DNA of 63,378 nucleotides from the NCBI GenBank assembly GCA_964356715.1, contig CAYHJO010000001.1, forward strand, positions 1 through 63,378, read 5' to 3'. The notes beneath the pieces were generated by a model. It saw only the letters and a list, made by a program, of their open reading frames with translations, searched no databases and was not told where the DNA came from. This DNA is from an uncultured Turneriella sp. GTDB taxonomy: Bacteria > Spirochaetota > Leptospiria > Turneriellales > Turneriellaceae. Positions 38,233 through 47,583 of the stretch are shown in pieces. Each line of letters opens with the position of its first letter. Positions within the stretch are counted from its first letter, which is position 1. Position numbers and translations under genes: made by a program.

Positions 38233-38272
38233 ATTCTATTAGCCCCGGGCTTAAGCCCGGGGCTAATAGAAT
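38233..38272. repeat. 40-bp perfect TTAA-centred palindrome directly after the rodA stop
   Basis: ATTCTATTAGCCCCGGGCTT|AAGCCCGGGGCTAATAGAAT. Confidence 0.85.
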
Positions 38273-38290
38273 GTAAATCGCCCCCACGCG

Positions 38291-39310
38291 TTAAGAAGCG
38301 TAGTCCTTAGCGGCGGGCTTAAGGCCGCCGCTAAGGTTTCTCCGCAGTGCCGGAATCACCTTCAGAGACGCGCGCCAGACCAACCAGGCAACCAGTCCCA
38401 GTGGAATGAGATAGATCCCCAGATAGACCAGTTGCAGCAGTAAATTCAGCAATCCGACAAACGCATTGCGGAAATGCGGCACTTCGACCGGGGCCACATG
38501 AGGCGTGACGGGCAGGCTCAGCGCGATGGTGAGCGTCGCCCAGCCGATGCGGTCGCCCACGCGCCATTCTTCCATGCGCGTGGCGAGCTGTTTGTCTTCC
38601 GATTGCGAAAGCAGATTTTCCGTGGCCTGCCAGTTTGCCGACGCAGTGCCGGTATTCGCGTTGGCAATTGCGCGGCGACGGTTGCGGATGTCTTCGCGTG
38701 CGGCCAGCATTTGCTGGTAGACGGCATTTTCCGTGTGGTCGTGAACGGATATATTTTCAGACGTGAGTTTGCCGATCGCATCGAGATCGTTCAAGGCCGC
38801 GTACAGGTTAGCCGAACGCACCCTGACGCGCAGCGTCATGTAACCGTTGTTGTCGCCCGAAGCAGTTTCCTGCAAAAGAAAGCCGTAGCGCGGTATCCAC
38901 TGGTTGAAAAAAGCGCGCGCCGATTTCAGGCTGTCTATCTGGTAATTGACCGCAAGATTATACTCGAGTTTGCGCTCAGAACCCGTGGCGGGGATGTATA
39001 TTTTGCCGAGGCTGGCCTGTGCCGGTTGGCGATCGCGCGCATCGTGCGGCCTTTCACCGGCGCTGAGGGTCTCTGCTTGTTCATCGATGGTGCGGCCACG
39101 GCCCGGCGCAGCGGCAGGGTGTGTTGTCACATTATCTGCGTCTATCTCCTCCTGCGACAGATAACCAGCCGCGGCTTCTTTCTTATTTTCGTTTTTCTGC
39201 TTTGTAGCGAAAAAATCGTGTTCGCTGCGCTTATTGAATCTGAAGGCCAGGGGCAGGGCGATGACAAATGCCGCGACGACCGCTATGGCAATGAGGATTT
39301 TCTTTTTCAT
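38291..39310 (-). CDS. DUF4349-like membrane-anchored protein
   Basis: N-terminal TM, LRVRV...L..LG.L.SENI...D.T, coiled coil, C-terminal TM; start ATG 39310. Confidence 0.7.
   Translation of the reverse strand: MKKKILIAIAVVAAFVIALPLAFRFNKRSEHDFFATKQKNENKKEAAAGYLSQEEIDADNVTTHPAAAPGRGRTIDEQAETLSAGERPHDARDRQPAQASLGKIYIPATGSERKLEYNLAVNYQIDSLKSARAFFNQWIPRYGFLLQETASGDNNGYMTLRVRVRSANLYAALNDLDAIGKLTSENISVHDHTENAVYQQMLAAREDIRNRRRAIANANTGTASANWQATENLLSQSEDKQLATRMEEWRVGDRIGWATLTIALSLPVTPHVAPVEVPHFRNAFVGLLNLLLQLVYLGIYLIPLGLVAWLVWRASLKVIPALRRNLSGGLKPAAKDYAS
38305..38336. repeat. 32-bp TTAA-centred palindrome (1 mismatch) inside the 3' end of the DUF4349 CDS
   Basis: CCTTAGCGGCGGgCTT|AAGgCCGCCGCTAAGG; encodes LSGGLKPAAK. 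Confidence 0.7.
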
Positions 39311-39339
39311 GCGGTTTTGACGCCCAGGCAAAAGAAATC

Positions 39340-39380
39340 GTTCAAATATTGTGCGGGCTATGCCCGCACAATATTTGAAC
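39340..39380. terminator. 19-bp perfect stem, 3-nt loop, directly after the omp85 stop
   Basis: GTTCAAATATTGTGCGGGC-TAT-GCCCGCACAATATTTGAAC. Confidence 0.7.
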
Positions 39381-39381
39381 A

Positions 39382-40872
39382 TTAGAAAATGTGATTGAAG
39401 TTGATGAACATGTTGGTGTCTTCTTTACTCATCGCATAGTCCACCATAATGATCGTCGCCTGGTTCCACGCAATGCGCAGGCCGGCACCGTAAGCATAGC
39501 GCCATGCGCTGGTTGAAATGTCTTTGGGTTGGTCAAATGCGCTGCCGATGTCAAAGAATGGAATCAACATCGGAGCAAAGTGCTGACCGAGCACGGTGAA
39601 ATCGAACATGGTCCAGCGGAGTTCCAGGTTGGCGACAGCGATATTGTTCGCCACAAAACGGTTCTCTTTGTAACCACGCAATGAGCGCAGACCGCCGAGT
39701 GCGCTTTGGTAGGTACGCTCGGTGCTGCTGAACTGGTTCAGCGTGTAGAACGGGACATCTCCGACTGCCTGAGTATAGGCGGCGCGGCCGGCGATCACGA
39801 GATCCACAAGTTTTTCAAACGGGCTGATAAAAAATTTCTCGGCCACTGTATAGCGGGCGAAATTGAATTCGGAGCCATAGCCCTTGTTGGAAACGTCGAC
39901 AATGGCCTCAAACATCTGGCCTTTGTTTGGGTTTGGTTCATAGTCGCGGGTATCGATAGCAAAACCGGCCCGCAGCACGTTATGGAATCCGCCATTGTAA
40001 CCGTTGATCAGGCCCATTTGATTATATTGGGTCAACAGCGTTGAGTTGTTCGTCGCTTCCCCACCTTCGGCCTGTACCTTGCGATTCATCAGGTCATTGA
40101 TGTTATATTTGCTCACCTGCATGCCGATCTGCGGGCGCACGATGCCACCAAACATATCGCGTTCGAGCATCGCCACCAGCGCCGGTCTTTCGTAAGAATA
40201 GCGGTTAAAAGCGGCGTTTGTTTGCCCGCCGTTTACCTTGCGCAATTCCTCATTAAAATCCGCATACTTGTCGTAGGTTTTGCCGCTAGTCCCAAAATCA
40301 CTGCCCAGCGCATTCATCGAACGGCTGCCAGAGCCGTAGTAGTTTGCCCAGGTATTCTTCTCAAACACAAATGCCGCGCGCAGGCGGTAGAGTGAGTTGG
40401 CGATATACGGCGAATCGAGGTTGATTTCATGGTACTGGTAACCCAGCGTTGTCTGAAAGAACTGCGCATAGAGCTGAGTGCGGTAGGGCGTGCGGCGGAA
40501 AAGTGGATCTTCTTTCTCACCGTTGTAGAAGTAAAATACGCGTGCGCCATAGCCCACACCGGTATTCGGGTCTGAGTTGATGAGCGGCAGACCAGTGACA
40601 AACCCGCCGGTCTTTTTCTTCTCAAAATCTTTATCGTTGAGCATGCGCTTTCGCTTGAGAGATTCCACGAGTTCTTCTGACAGGCCATGCTTGCCGGCGT
40701 CGAGGGTGTCGGCTGCCGCAGGGGCTGCAGTTGCCGGCGCAGCGGTCGGTTCTACTTTAGCGGGTGCCGGGGCTTTGGGTGCCGGCTTGCCTTTCTTTGG
40801 TGCCGCCTGCACCGCCATTATGGCTGTAAAAAAGCCCAGCAGTATAAGACTGCTCAATATCTTTTTGCTCAT
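39382..40872 (-). CDS. Omp85-superfamily outer-membrane beta-barrel without POTRA domains
   Basis: Signal peptide, Pro/Ala linker, LRGY lid-lock motif, YG.GLR, C-terminal Phe. Confidence 0.85.
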   Translation of the reverse strand: MSKKILSSLILLGFFTAIMAVQAAPKKGKPAPKAPAPAKVEPTAAPATAAPAAADTLDAGKHGLSEELVESLKRKRMLNDKDFEKKKTGGFVTGLPLINSDPNTGVGYGARVFYFYNGEKEDPLFRRTPYRTQLYAQFFQTTLGYQYHEINLDSPYIANSLYRLRAAFVFEKNTWANYYGSGSRSMNALGSDFGTSGKTYDKYADFNEELRKVNGGQTNAAFNRYSYERPALVAMLERDMFGGIVRPQIGMQVSKYNINDLMNRKVQAEGGEATNNSTLLTQYNQMGLINGYNGGFHNVLRAGFAIDTRDYEPNPNKGQMFEAIVDVSNKGYGSEFNFARYTVAEKFFISPFEKLVDLVIAGRAAYTQAVGDVPFYTLNQFSSTERTYQSALGGLRSLRGYKENRFVANNIAVANLELRWTMFDFTVLGQHFAPMLIPFFDIGSAFDQPKDISTSAWRYAYGAGLRIAWNQATIIMVDYAMSKEDTNMFINFNHIF

Positions 40873-40984
40873 GGTGTCTCCTCGTGTTTAAGGGCCGGAT
40901 GTATGTTTGTTTCCGGTCGCTGTTCGCCGGGTTAAGCCCGGTCGTCCACGGGGAAGGTCGGGAAGCAATCGTCAAGTACGAAAA

Positions 40985-42091
40985 TCAAAAATTCTTCTTG
41001 AGAACCCGGAATGTCTTGTAGCGCACACAACCGATTTTTTCGAGTACAGTGATCATCGGGGTGTTCGTTTCGACGATCAGTGAACAGTCGGACTCTGTAA
41101 TGCCCATGGCAATCCCGTTCTCCATGGTTTTGTGCACCATCGCGATTTCATAGCCCCTATTGCGGTGTTCTTTCAGCACACCCATGATCGTCGTGCGGAT
41201 GCGCTTGATTTTCTTCATCCCGAGCAGAATTTTGATCAGACCGAAAGGAAACAAACGGCCGTTCGCTTTCTTCACCGCCTGGTTCGCGTCGATCAGGCTG
41301 ATCGCAAAAGCGATAGGTTCGCCGTTGAGCTCGGTGATGAACGCCAGCTTCTCATTGATAATCATTTTGAGATCTTTCACGAGATGCTGCCACTGGTCTT
41401 CGGTGAACGGCACATTGCCCCAGTTTTCAGACCACGCCTGGTTGAAGATGTGCTTCACTGCCGCGGCTTCTTTATCAATATCTTTGCGTCTGACTTCGCG
41501 GATAACGAGACCCTTTTGCTTCATGACACGGGCGTTGATTAGCCGCATAAAATTCGGGATATTGGTATCTTTGAGAAAAGCGTACCAATCGACTTCCTTT
41601 CTAAAACCGGCGTTTTCCAGCAGCTGCAGGTAATAAGGCGGATTGTACGTGCATAGCAGCACGGGATCCGTATCGAATGCATCTACCAGCAGGCCGATTT
41701 CGTCATAGACCGCAAAATTCATCGGTCCGAGCGCAGAACTGCATCCCTTGTCTTTCAGCCATTTTTCACCGGCCGCAAAAATCGCGTTTACTGCTTCCTG
41801 GTCGTCGAAGGCTTCGAAAAACCCGAAAAATCCCTGATTGGTTTTGTAAAAATCGTTATGCGCAAAGTTTCGGTGCACAGAGAGCCGCGCGACAATTTTT
41901 TCACCGCGATAGGCCAAAAGCAGCTGCTTTTCGCCGATCTTATTGAAAGGTCCCCTGAGAATAAATTTGATGACTTCAGAGTAGATGGGTGGCACAAAAT
42001 GCGGGTAGAATTTATAGACGTCCTTCATGAAATACACGAATTTTTTGATATCCTTCTTTGTTTCAGAAAGCACTTCTATACGCAGCGACAT
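40985..42091 (-). CDS. GNAT-family N-acetyltransferase-like protein
   Basis: FGFFE, GPMNF, YNPPYY, FN.AW.ENWG..P, MGV..EHR.RG. Confidence 0.75.
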   Translation of the reverse strand: MSLRIEVLSETKKDIKKFVYFMKDVYKFYPHFVPPIYSEVIKFILRGPFNKIGEKQLLLAYRGEKIVARLSVHRNFAHNDFYKTNQGFFGFFEAFDDQEAVNAIFAAGEKWLKDKGCSSALGPMNFAVYDEIGLLVDAFDTDPVLLCTYNPPYYLQLLENAGFRKEVDWYAFLKDTNIPNFMRLINARVMKQKGLVIREVRRKDIDKEAAAVKHIFNQAWSENWGNVPFTEDQWQHLVKDLKMIINEKLAFITELNGEPIAFAISLIDANQAVKKANGRLFPFGLIKILLGMKKIKRIRTTIMGVLKEHRNRGYEIAMVHKTMENGIAMGITESDCSLIVETNTPMITVLEKIGCVRYKTFRVLKKNF

Positions 42092-42286
42092 GCGTTCAGA
42101 TGTATTATTTAAGACGCGGCGGGAATGAGATTTTTACGGAGAGGAAAATTTCAACCATTGCAGCCGCGGCAGGAAAAGAAGCGCATAGCCAGAGACAGGC
42201 AAAGGTGATTTGGCTCAACGGTTTTGTTTGCATCGGCCTTTTTCTGAAGTCCGCAGATTGTCCGGTGCCTCGCCGTAAACCCACTT

Positions 42287-42895
42287 TCAGATTCCGGTGG
42301 CGATTTCGGCGCTAGCCAGTACCGATAAGAGTTCTTCAGGCCCGCGGACAATCTCAGCCTGAAAACCAAGAGACCGCGCCATTTCGACATTGAGGCGGTT
42401 GTCATCGACGAAGAAAATTTCCTGCGCAGAATACGGCAGGGTTGCCAGCACGGCCTGGTAAATCTCTGCGTGCGGTTTGACATGCCCCATCTTATACGAG
42501 GCAAAATGGTAGTCGAAATAGCCGTCGAGCTGCCATTCGCGCTGGAAGCGGGGGTAATGCAGCGGGTTTGAATTCGAAAGATACGCGAGCTTGTAATGCC
42601 GGCGCAGTCTACGCAATAAATCCGTCATGCCGCCGTAGAAGCCGAGCGGCCAGGCGGTGAAGGATTGCAGAAATTCTTCTGAGGGTATCGCAGACGAAAA
42701 TGCATCGAGCACACCGCGCGCAAATTCGCCGTCGGAAATTTTGCCCGCTTCGTAAAGTTGCACTGCCGGGCAGGTGAGCCATGTCTCCCACAGTTCAACA
42801 TCCGACTTGTCTTTGCCGCCGAGCAGGTGCAGTTCCGTCGTCGCGACCTCGATCAGCACACCGCCGAGGTCAAAGAGCAATAGTTTGGGTTTCAT
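42287..42895 (-). CDS. HAD-family phosphatase
   Basis: FDLGGVL, LSNSN, KP, FFVDD...NV. Confidence 0.9.
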   Translation of the reverse strand: MKPKLLLFDLGGVLIEVATTELHLLGGKDKSDVELWETWLTCPAVQLYEAGKISDGEFARGVLDAFSSAIPSEEFLQSFTAWPLGFYGGMTDLLRRLRRHYKLAYLSNSNPLHYPRFQREWQLDGYFDYHFASYKMGHVKPHAEIYQAVLATLPYSAQEIFFVDDNRLNVEMARSLGFQAEIVRGPEELLSVLASAEIATGI

Positions 42896-43006
42896 GCAGA
42901 GTGCAGGTATCGGCGCAGGCGCGCACGGCAGCGTAAACGCGAAATGGTTATGGTTGTCGCGATTCGTTATTGACGAGGCAGGCGTTGTTTTCAGAAGTCG
43001 CCGCCT

Positions 43007-43486
43007 ATGAAAAAAATATTCATTATGGGCATTTTAGCGCCGACGCTGATGGCGGGTGGTTGCTGGAAAAGAGAACAACAGCCGCTCGAGGCAACAGTGA
43101 TCGAAAAGGTGTGTACCGAGGCTTTCGCGCCTTTTTACGATGCAAAGAAGCATTCGCGCTTCCATCATGTATCTTTTGCCGGCTATCTCGCGACGCCCAA
43201 GAGTGTCATGATCACTAATACCATGTTTGTCGACGTGTACCAGAGTCCAAACCGCGCAGGGGTGCAGCTCAAAGCCTCGTTTCCTGTCGGCACGCGCAAG
43301 AACTTCGTTGCGCGCCTCGAAAAAAACTACAAAGAATCGGATCTCAGAATCGAAAGCAACAGCGGGGTCATGCTCGGTAATGGTTCGAAGGTGCTGATCG
43401 AAGGCGACGTTTCACCGGGCGCCGTGCCGGGTAAATGGAAAGATTCGTGCTACGTCAGGGTCGATAAAATCGAGAAGGCCGACTAG
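43007..43486 (+). CDS. Hypothetical lipoprotein
   Basis: MKK + hydrophobic stretch + AGG-C lipobox-like site. Confidence 0.7.
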   Translation: MKKIFIMGILAPTLMAGGCWKREQQPLEATVIEKVCTEAFAPFYDAKKHSRFHHVSFAGYLATPKSVMITNTMFVDVYQSPNRAGVQLKASFPVGTRKNFVARLEKNYKESDLRIESNSGVMLGNGSKVLIEGDVSPGAVPGKWKDSCYVRVDKIEKAD

Positions 43487-43517
43487 GCCGCTTTGGCGTG
43501 ATGTGACATAAATCCAA

Positions 43518-43556
43518 ATAGCAGGATAGCTGCGCTTCCCGCAGCTATCCTGCTAT
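43518..43556. terminator. 17-bp perfect stem upstream of rpsP
   Basis: ATAGCAGGATAGCTGCG-cttcc-CGCAGCTATCCTGCTAT. Confidence 0.65.
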
Positions 43557-43599
43557 CAAGTTTAATTTGACGCCTTGTCTAAACACCCGGTTTTAACCC

Positions 43600-43932
43600 A
43601 TGACTGTAAAGCTCCGGCTGCAACGCTATGGCACCAAAAAGCGCCCATACTATCGCATTGTTGCAACCTCATCCGCCGTTAAACGCGACGGCCAATTTCT
43701 CGATATCGTCGGTCTCTACCACCCGCTGGTGAAAGAAGGCGAACAGGTTCGCCTCGAAAAAGAAAAAATCGACACTTGGCTCAAAAAAGGCGCACAGCCT
43801 TCTGATACTGTTCGCAGCCTTCTTTCAAAAGCCGGCATCTGGAAACCGTTTGCCGAGGCAAAGGCTCTGAAAGACGGCGCACGCCAGAAAAAGGCCAACG
43901 AAAAAGCCAAAGCGAAACGCGCGGCGAAATGA
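43600..43932 (+). CDS. rpsP: 30S ribosomal protein S16
   Basis: [27 protein letters not shown]. Confidence 0.97.
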   Translation: MTVKLRLQRYGTKKRPYYRIVATSSAVKRDGQFLDIVGLYHPLVKEGEQVRLEKEKIDTWLKKGAQPSDTVRSLLSKAGIWKPFAEAKALKDGARQKKANEKAKAKRAAK

Positions 43933-43955
43933 CGGCTGGTGAGCGGAGCCGAACC

Positions 43956-44246
43956 ATGACCGAAGCGCGCAATTCAGACCCCGCATCTCTCGTTGAGTTC
44001 ATTGCACGCAGCCTCGTGCGCAACCCCGACGACGTACAGGTGCTGCCGGTAAAAAGCCCGGCGTCGCTGATTCTCGAATTGCGCGTCAACAAAGACGACA
44101 TCGGCATGATCATCGGCAAAGGCGGCCGCATTGCCAAAGCAGTGCGTGTGCTGCTCAATGCCATTTCGATCAAAAAAATCATCCTCGAAGACGGCCGCGA
44201 AGAGCGCTACCAAAAAATTCTTTTAGAAATCGTCGACGAAGCCTAG
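43956..44246 (+). CDS. khpA: KH-domain RNA-binding protein
   Basis: DIG.IIGKGGR.A.A.R; position after rpsP. Confidence 0.9.
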   Translation: MTEARNSDPASLVEFIARSLVRNPDDVQVLPVKSPASLILELRVNKDDIGMIIGKGGRIAKAVRVLLNAISIKKIILEDGREERYQKILLEIVDEA

Positions 44247-44253
44247 TTAAGTT

Positions 44254-44300
44254 TAGGCATATTCTAAATTCTGGCAACGCCAGAATTTAGAATATGCCTA
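44254..44300. repeat. 22-bp perfect stem hairpin covering the rimM start codon
   Basis: TAGGCATATTCTAAATTCTGGC-AAC-GCCAGAATTTAGAATATGCCTA (ATG at 44294). Confidence 0.8.
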
Positions 44301-44893
44301 CCCCCCTCGTAATTCTCGCCCGCATCGGTAGCCCGCATGGCGTTCGGGGCGCTTTGAGTGTTAATCAGGCCGGCGAACACCTGCGCGATTTTTCCGGCAA
44401 AAAAATTCTTATCTGCCCCGCGCAGAATGTCGTGAACGGCATTTTGCATGAATATACTGTCAAAGCAGAAATGCAGATCAACCGCGTTGACCCCGTGAAA
44501 GGCACACCGCTGCGCCTTGAGCTTGACGGCCTCACCGACCGCGATGTCGCGAAAGGCTTCACCAACTGCCTCATTGCCACGCCGCTGGCAGAGCTGCGCG
44601 CGCAAGTGCAGGCCCGACGCTCCGGCCAGTCGCCAAATCTGCACGACCTGTGGTATTTTGAAATTGTGGGGCTCGAAGTGATTGAGGCCGAAGGTCGTAA
44701 GCCCGTTGGCAAGATTACGCAGGTCGAAGATCTGGGCCTCAACACGGTAATCACGGTCGAAAGGCCGCCGGCAGGCGACAAAGGCTCAACGGCATTGGAA
44801 ATCCCTCTTGATCACCCCAACTGGCAAAGCGTGGATTTAGCCAACCACACTGTCTCTATCTCTGACTGGCAAATCTTTATTCCCGCCGAGTAG
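44294..44893 (+). CDS. rimM: 16S rRNA processing protein RimM (divergent)
   Basis: I.SPHGVRG, G..DR..A, Y.EIVGLEV; synteny. Confidence 0.85.
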   Translation: MPTPLVILARIGSPHGVRGALSVNQAGEHLRDFSGKKILICPAQNVVNGILHEYTVKAEMQINRVDPVKGTPLRLELDGLTDRDVAKGFTNCLIATPLAELRAQVQARRSGQSPNLHDLWYFEIVGLEVIEAEGRKPVGKITQVEDLGLNTVITVERPPAGDKGSTALEIPLDHPNWQSVDLANHTVSISDWQIFIPAE

Positions 44894-44942
44894 CCGCAAA
44901 AAGGCGATTTACAGTCTGCGCAGGCATACGCTACACGCCCTG

Positions 44943-45437
44943 ATGATACGAAGTATGTTTTTCATCGCCTCGGCGACGATCTTACCAATATTTGCCGATT
45001 CGGCCAATGCATTGCAGACCAGTATTATGAACCGGCACAACACTCTGCGCGCAAAACACGGCGCGCCCGCGTTGCAATGGAATGCCGATGTTGCGAAAGT
45101 CGCACAGGACTGGGCTGACAAGATCGCGCGCAGCGACCAGATGAGGCACCGCCAGCCCAACAAATACGGCGAAAATATCTTTTGGATGAGCGGCGGTCAG
45201 GTCACCGGCGAGACGGTGACCGATTCGTGGTACGATGAAATCAAGGATTACAGCTTTGCGCGCCCCGGCTTTAGCATGAAGACCGGCCACTTCACGCAGG
45301 TCGTGTGGAAAGGTTCCAAAGAGATCGGCTGCGGCGTTGCCAAATCGCGCCGCGGCGGTACCTATGTTGTGTGCAATTACAATCCACCGGGTAACTATCA
45401 GGGCCGTTTCCCGGAAAACGTGCAGAAGGCGCAATAG
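44943..45437 (+). CDS. Secreted CAP/SCP (PR-1-like) domain protein
   Basis: HN.LRA.HG...L.W, GENI, GHFTQVVWK, VVCNY.PPGN. Confidence 0.92.
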   Translation: MIRSMFFIASATILPIFADSANALQTSIMNRHNTLRAKHGAPALQWNADVAKVAQDWADKIARSDQMRHRQPNKYGENIFWMSGGQVTGETVTDSWYDEIKDYSFARPGFSMKTGHFTQVVWKGSKEIGCGVAKSRRGGTYVVCNYNPPGNYQGRFPENVQKAQ

Positions 45438-45439
45438 TT

Positions 45440-46336
45440 ATGCTGACCCCGATAGAAAAGATCGGCCTCGCAGTCATGATCTTTGTGCTCATGTTCGGCA
45501 TGGGCGCGACACTGACATGGACGGATTTTGCGCGCACGCTGAAAAAGCCCAAAGCGCTCATCATCGGCTTTCTTTCGCAGTTTGGTATTATGCCTGCGTT
45601 GGCGTTCGGTTTGGCAAAGGCCTTTCAGCTGCCAGACGCGGTGGCGCTGTCGCTCATTCTTGTCGGCTGCACGCCGGGTGGCACCACCTCTAACCTGTTC
45701 AGCTATTATTCGAAAGGCGATGTTGCACTGAGTATTGCGATGACCACAGCCTCGACATTGGGCGCTGTGGTGATGATGCCTCTGTTGCTCCTGATCTACG
45801 GCGCTGCATACGGCAAAACTCAGTTTCCGCTGCCCTATGGTAATATCATTTCGACGCTGGTGATTACACTCATACCGGTGGTGATCGGCATGTATGTGCG
45901 CAAACTGCACCACCGTGCCGCACAGATCTGTGAAAAGGCCGGCAGCTGGGCTGGCATTCTGGTCATCGGCTTTCTCATGGGTGAGTTTTTCATTCGCAAC
46001 GGCCAGCTGTTGCGCGAAGCGCCGCTGGGTGTGTTTGCTTCCGCAGTACTTTTGGGCCTGGTGGGCTTTTTGTTCGGTTACTGGGCAGGCTTCTTTACCG
46101 GGCTCACCCCAAAACAGAGCCGCACCGTGGCGCTCGAAACCGGCATACAGAATACACCGCTCACAATGGCATTGATTATTGCCAGCTTTCCTTTGGCGCA
46201 ACAGCAGCAGGCATTGCTGTTGCCAATTCTCTACGCCGTCTTTATCGTCATCGATTCGGTGCTGGTGAGTTTGCTGTTCCGCCAGATGGCGAAGAAAGAT
46301 CCGCATACGCCGCATGAACAAAGCGCCCATTCTTAA
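45440..46336 (+). CDS. Bile acid:sodium symporter (BASS) family transporter
   Basis: MFGMG, QFGIMP, PGGTTSN, GDVALS, ETGIQN. Confidence 0.92.
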   Translation: MLTPIEKIGLAVMIFVLMFGMGATLTWTDFARTLKKPKALIIGFLSQFGIMPALAFGLAKAFQLPDAVALSLILVGCTPGGTTSNLFSYYSKGDVALSIAMTTASTLGAVVMMPLLLLIYGAAYGKTQFPLPYGNIISTLVITLIPVVIGMYVRKLHHRAAQICEKAGSWAGILVIGFLMGEFFIRNGQLLREAPLGVFASAVLLGLVGFLFGYWAGFFTGLTPKQSRTVALETGIQNTPLTMALIIASFPLAQQQQALLLPILYAVFIVIDSVLVSLLFRQMAKKDPHTPHEQSAHS

Positions 46337-46338
46337 TG

Positions 46339-46369
46339 TTCAGTGGCGGGTCTGAGACCCACCCCTGAA
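46339..46369. repeat. Short imperfect REP-like palindrome between the BASS gene and trmD
   Basis: TTCAGtGGcGGGTCT-g-AGACCCaCCcCTGAA. Confidence 0.55.
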
Positions 46370-46383
46370 AAATTTCCAAATGT

Positions 46384-47055
46384 ATGACCATCAACATCAT
46401 CACGCTCTTTCCGGAATTTTTCGACAGCCCGCTCAAAACTTCGCTTCTGGGCAAGGCTCTCGCAGCGGGTATCGTTAACATCCGCTATGTCAATCCGCGC
46501 GATTTTACGCTGAATAAGCACAGGAAGGTTGACGACAGCCCGTACGGCGGTGGTGCCGGTATGGTGATGATGGTTGAGCCGATTGCGCTCGCAGTCGAAC
46601 ACATTAAAAAGCAAGCCCCTGAAACACATGTTGTGCTGCTCGCGGCGCGTGGGCGCCTATTTGAAACATCCGTCGTGCGCGAATACACCAGCACACACAA
46701 AAGTCTTACCCTGATTTGCGGCCATTATGAAGGGGTGGATGAGCGCGTTGCCGAACACATCGCACACGAAAGCCTGCGGATCGGCAATTTTGTACTGTCT
46801 GGTGGCGAGGTCGCGGCCTTAACCGTGATCGACGCGCTCGCAAGGCGGCAACCCGGTTTCATGGGCAACGCCGATTCGCTCACGCATGAATCGTTCGACG
46901 ACGGCGAAAGTTTCGAACACGCACAATACACACGCCCCGAAGACTGGCGCGGCCACAAGGTGCCCGAGGTGTTGCTATCGGGAAATCATGCGAAAGTGGC
47001 GGAGTGGCGGAAAAAAGAGGCGGAGGGATTTAAGACTAAATTCAGGAAAATATAG
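46384..47055 (+). CDS. trmD: tRNA (guanine37-N1)-methyltransferase
   Basis: TLFPE, VDD.PYGGGAGMVM, CGHYEGVDER, LSGGE, YTRP, VLLSGNH. Confidence 0.97.
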   Translation: MTINIITLFPEFFDSPLKTSLLGKALAAGIVNIRYVNPRDFTLNKHRKVDDSPYGGGAGMVMMVEPIALAVEHIKKQAPETHVVLLAARGRLFETSVVREYTSTHKSLTLICGHYEGVDERVAEHIAHESLRIGNFVLSGGEVAALTVIDALARRQPGFMGNADSLTHESFDDGESFEHAQYTRPEDWRGHKVPEVLLSGNHAKVAEWRKKEAEGFKTKFRKI

Positions 47056-47581
47056 TTAGTATCCCAAAACGAATTCTGACAAACGGCACCAGATAATTCA
47101 AATACAGAATATGCAGCACCGCATACGCGGCGAATTTGGGAATCGAAATCGCGAGGAACCTTCCCGCCGCATCGTCGAGTTTTGACCACAACCGCAGCGC
47201 ATAATGCACTACACCCGAACAGGCGGCGAGAGCTACCACGCCCAGCAGCAGCTGCTTCACTGAGCCCGGCGGCAGGCGCTCGAGAATCAGCATGCGCAGA
47301 AACGCAACAAAGTCGGGTGAGCCGAGCGTGATGTAATAAAAGGCAGAAACGAGAAAATAGCCGGCGATCGGCCGTGCATCTTCATGCGGATCAAAAAACC
47401 GAAAGGCAAAAATCGGGAATGTCGCGATCACCATCAGCACCACAAGGTATGGGCCGCGCACCTTAATAATGTTGCGCGTGTGTTCGAAAGCCAGCAGTGA
47501 GCCGAGCGTCAGTGCCACAGCTGCCACCAGCACCGGAATGAAGATGCGGTGTGAAGAAATCCTTTGGAATATTTCTTTCAT
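47042..47581 (-). CDS. Hypothetical membrane protein (start ATG 47581; the longer ORF reads through a repeat)
   Basis: About 5 hydrophobic segments. Confidence 0.6.
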   Translation of the reverse strand: MKEIFQRISSHRIFIPVLVAAVALTLGSLLAFEHTRNIIKVRGPYLVVLMVIATFPIFAFRFFDPHEDARPIAGYFLVSAFYYITLGSPDFVAFLRMLILERLPPGSVKQLLLGVVALAACSGVVHYALRLWSKLDDAAGRFLAISIPKFAAYAVLHILYLNYLVPFVRIRFGILTIFS

Positions 47582-47583
47582 TA

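Noticed and set aside
38474-39385. Long antisense ORFs (for example 38474-39385, 6650-7579, 45398-46330, 60790-61641)
   Set aside because: They lie opposite well-supported genes; expected shadow frames at this GC content.
42075-42233. Short minus-strand frame with a signal-peptide-like start (MQTKPLSQITFACLWLCASFPAAA)
   Set aside because: About 50 codons, no RBS or domain evidence; may be a gene remnant but cannot be supported.
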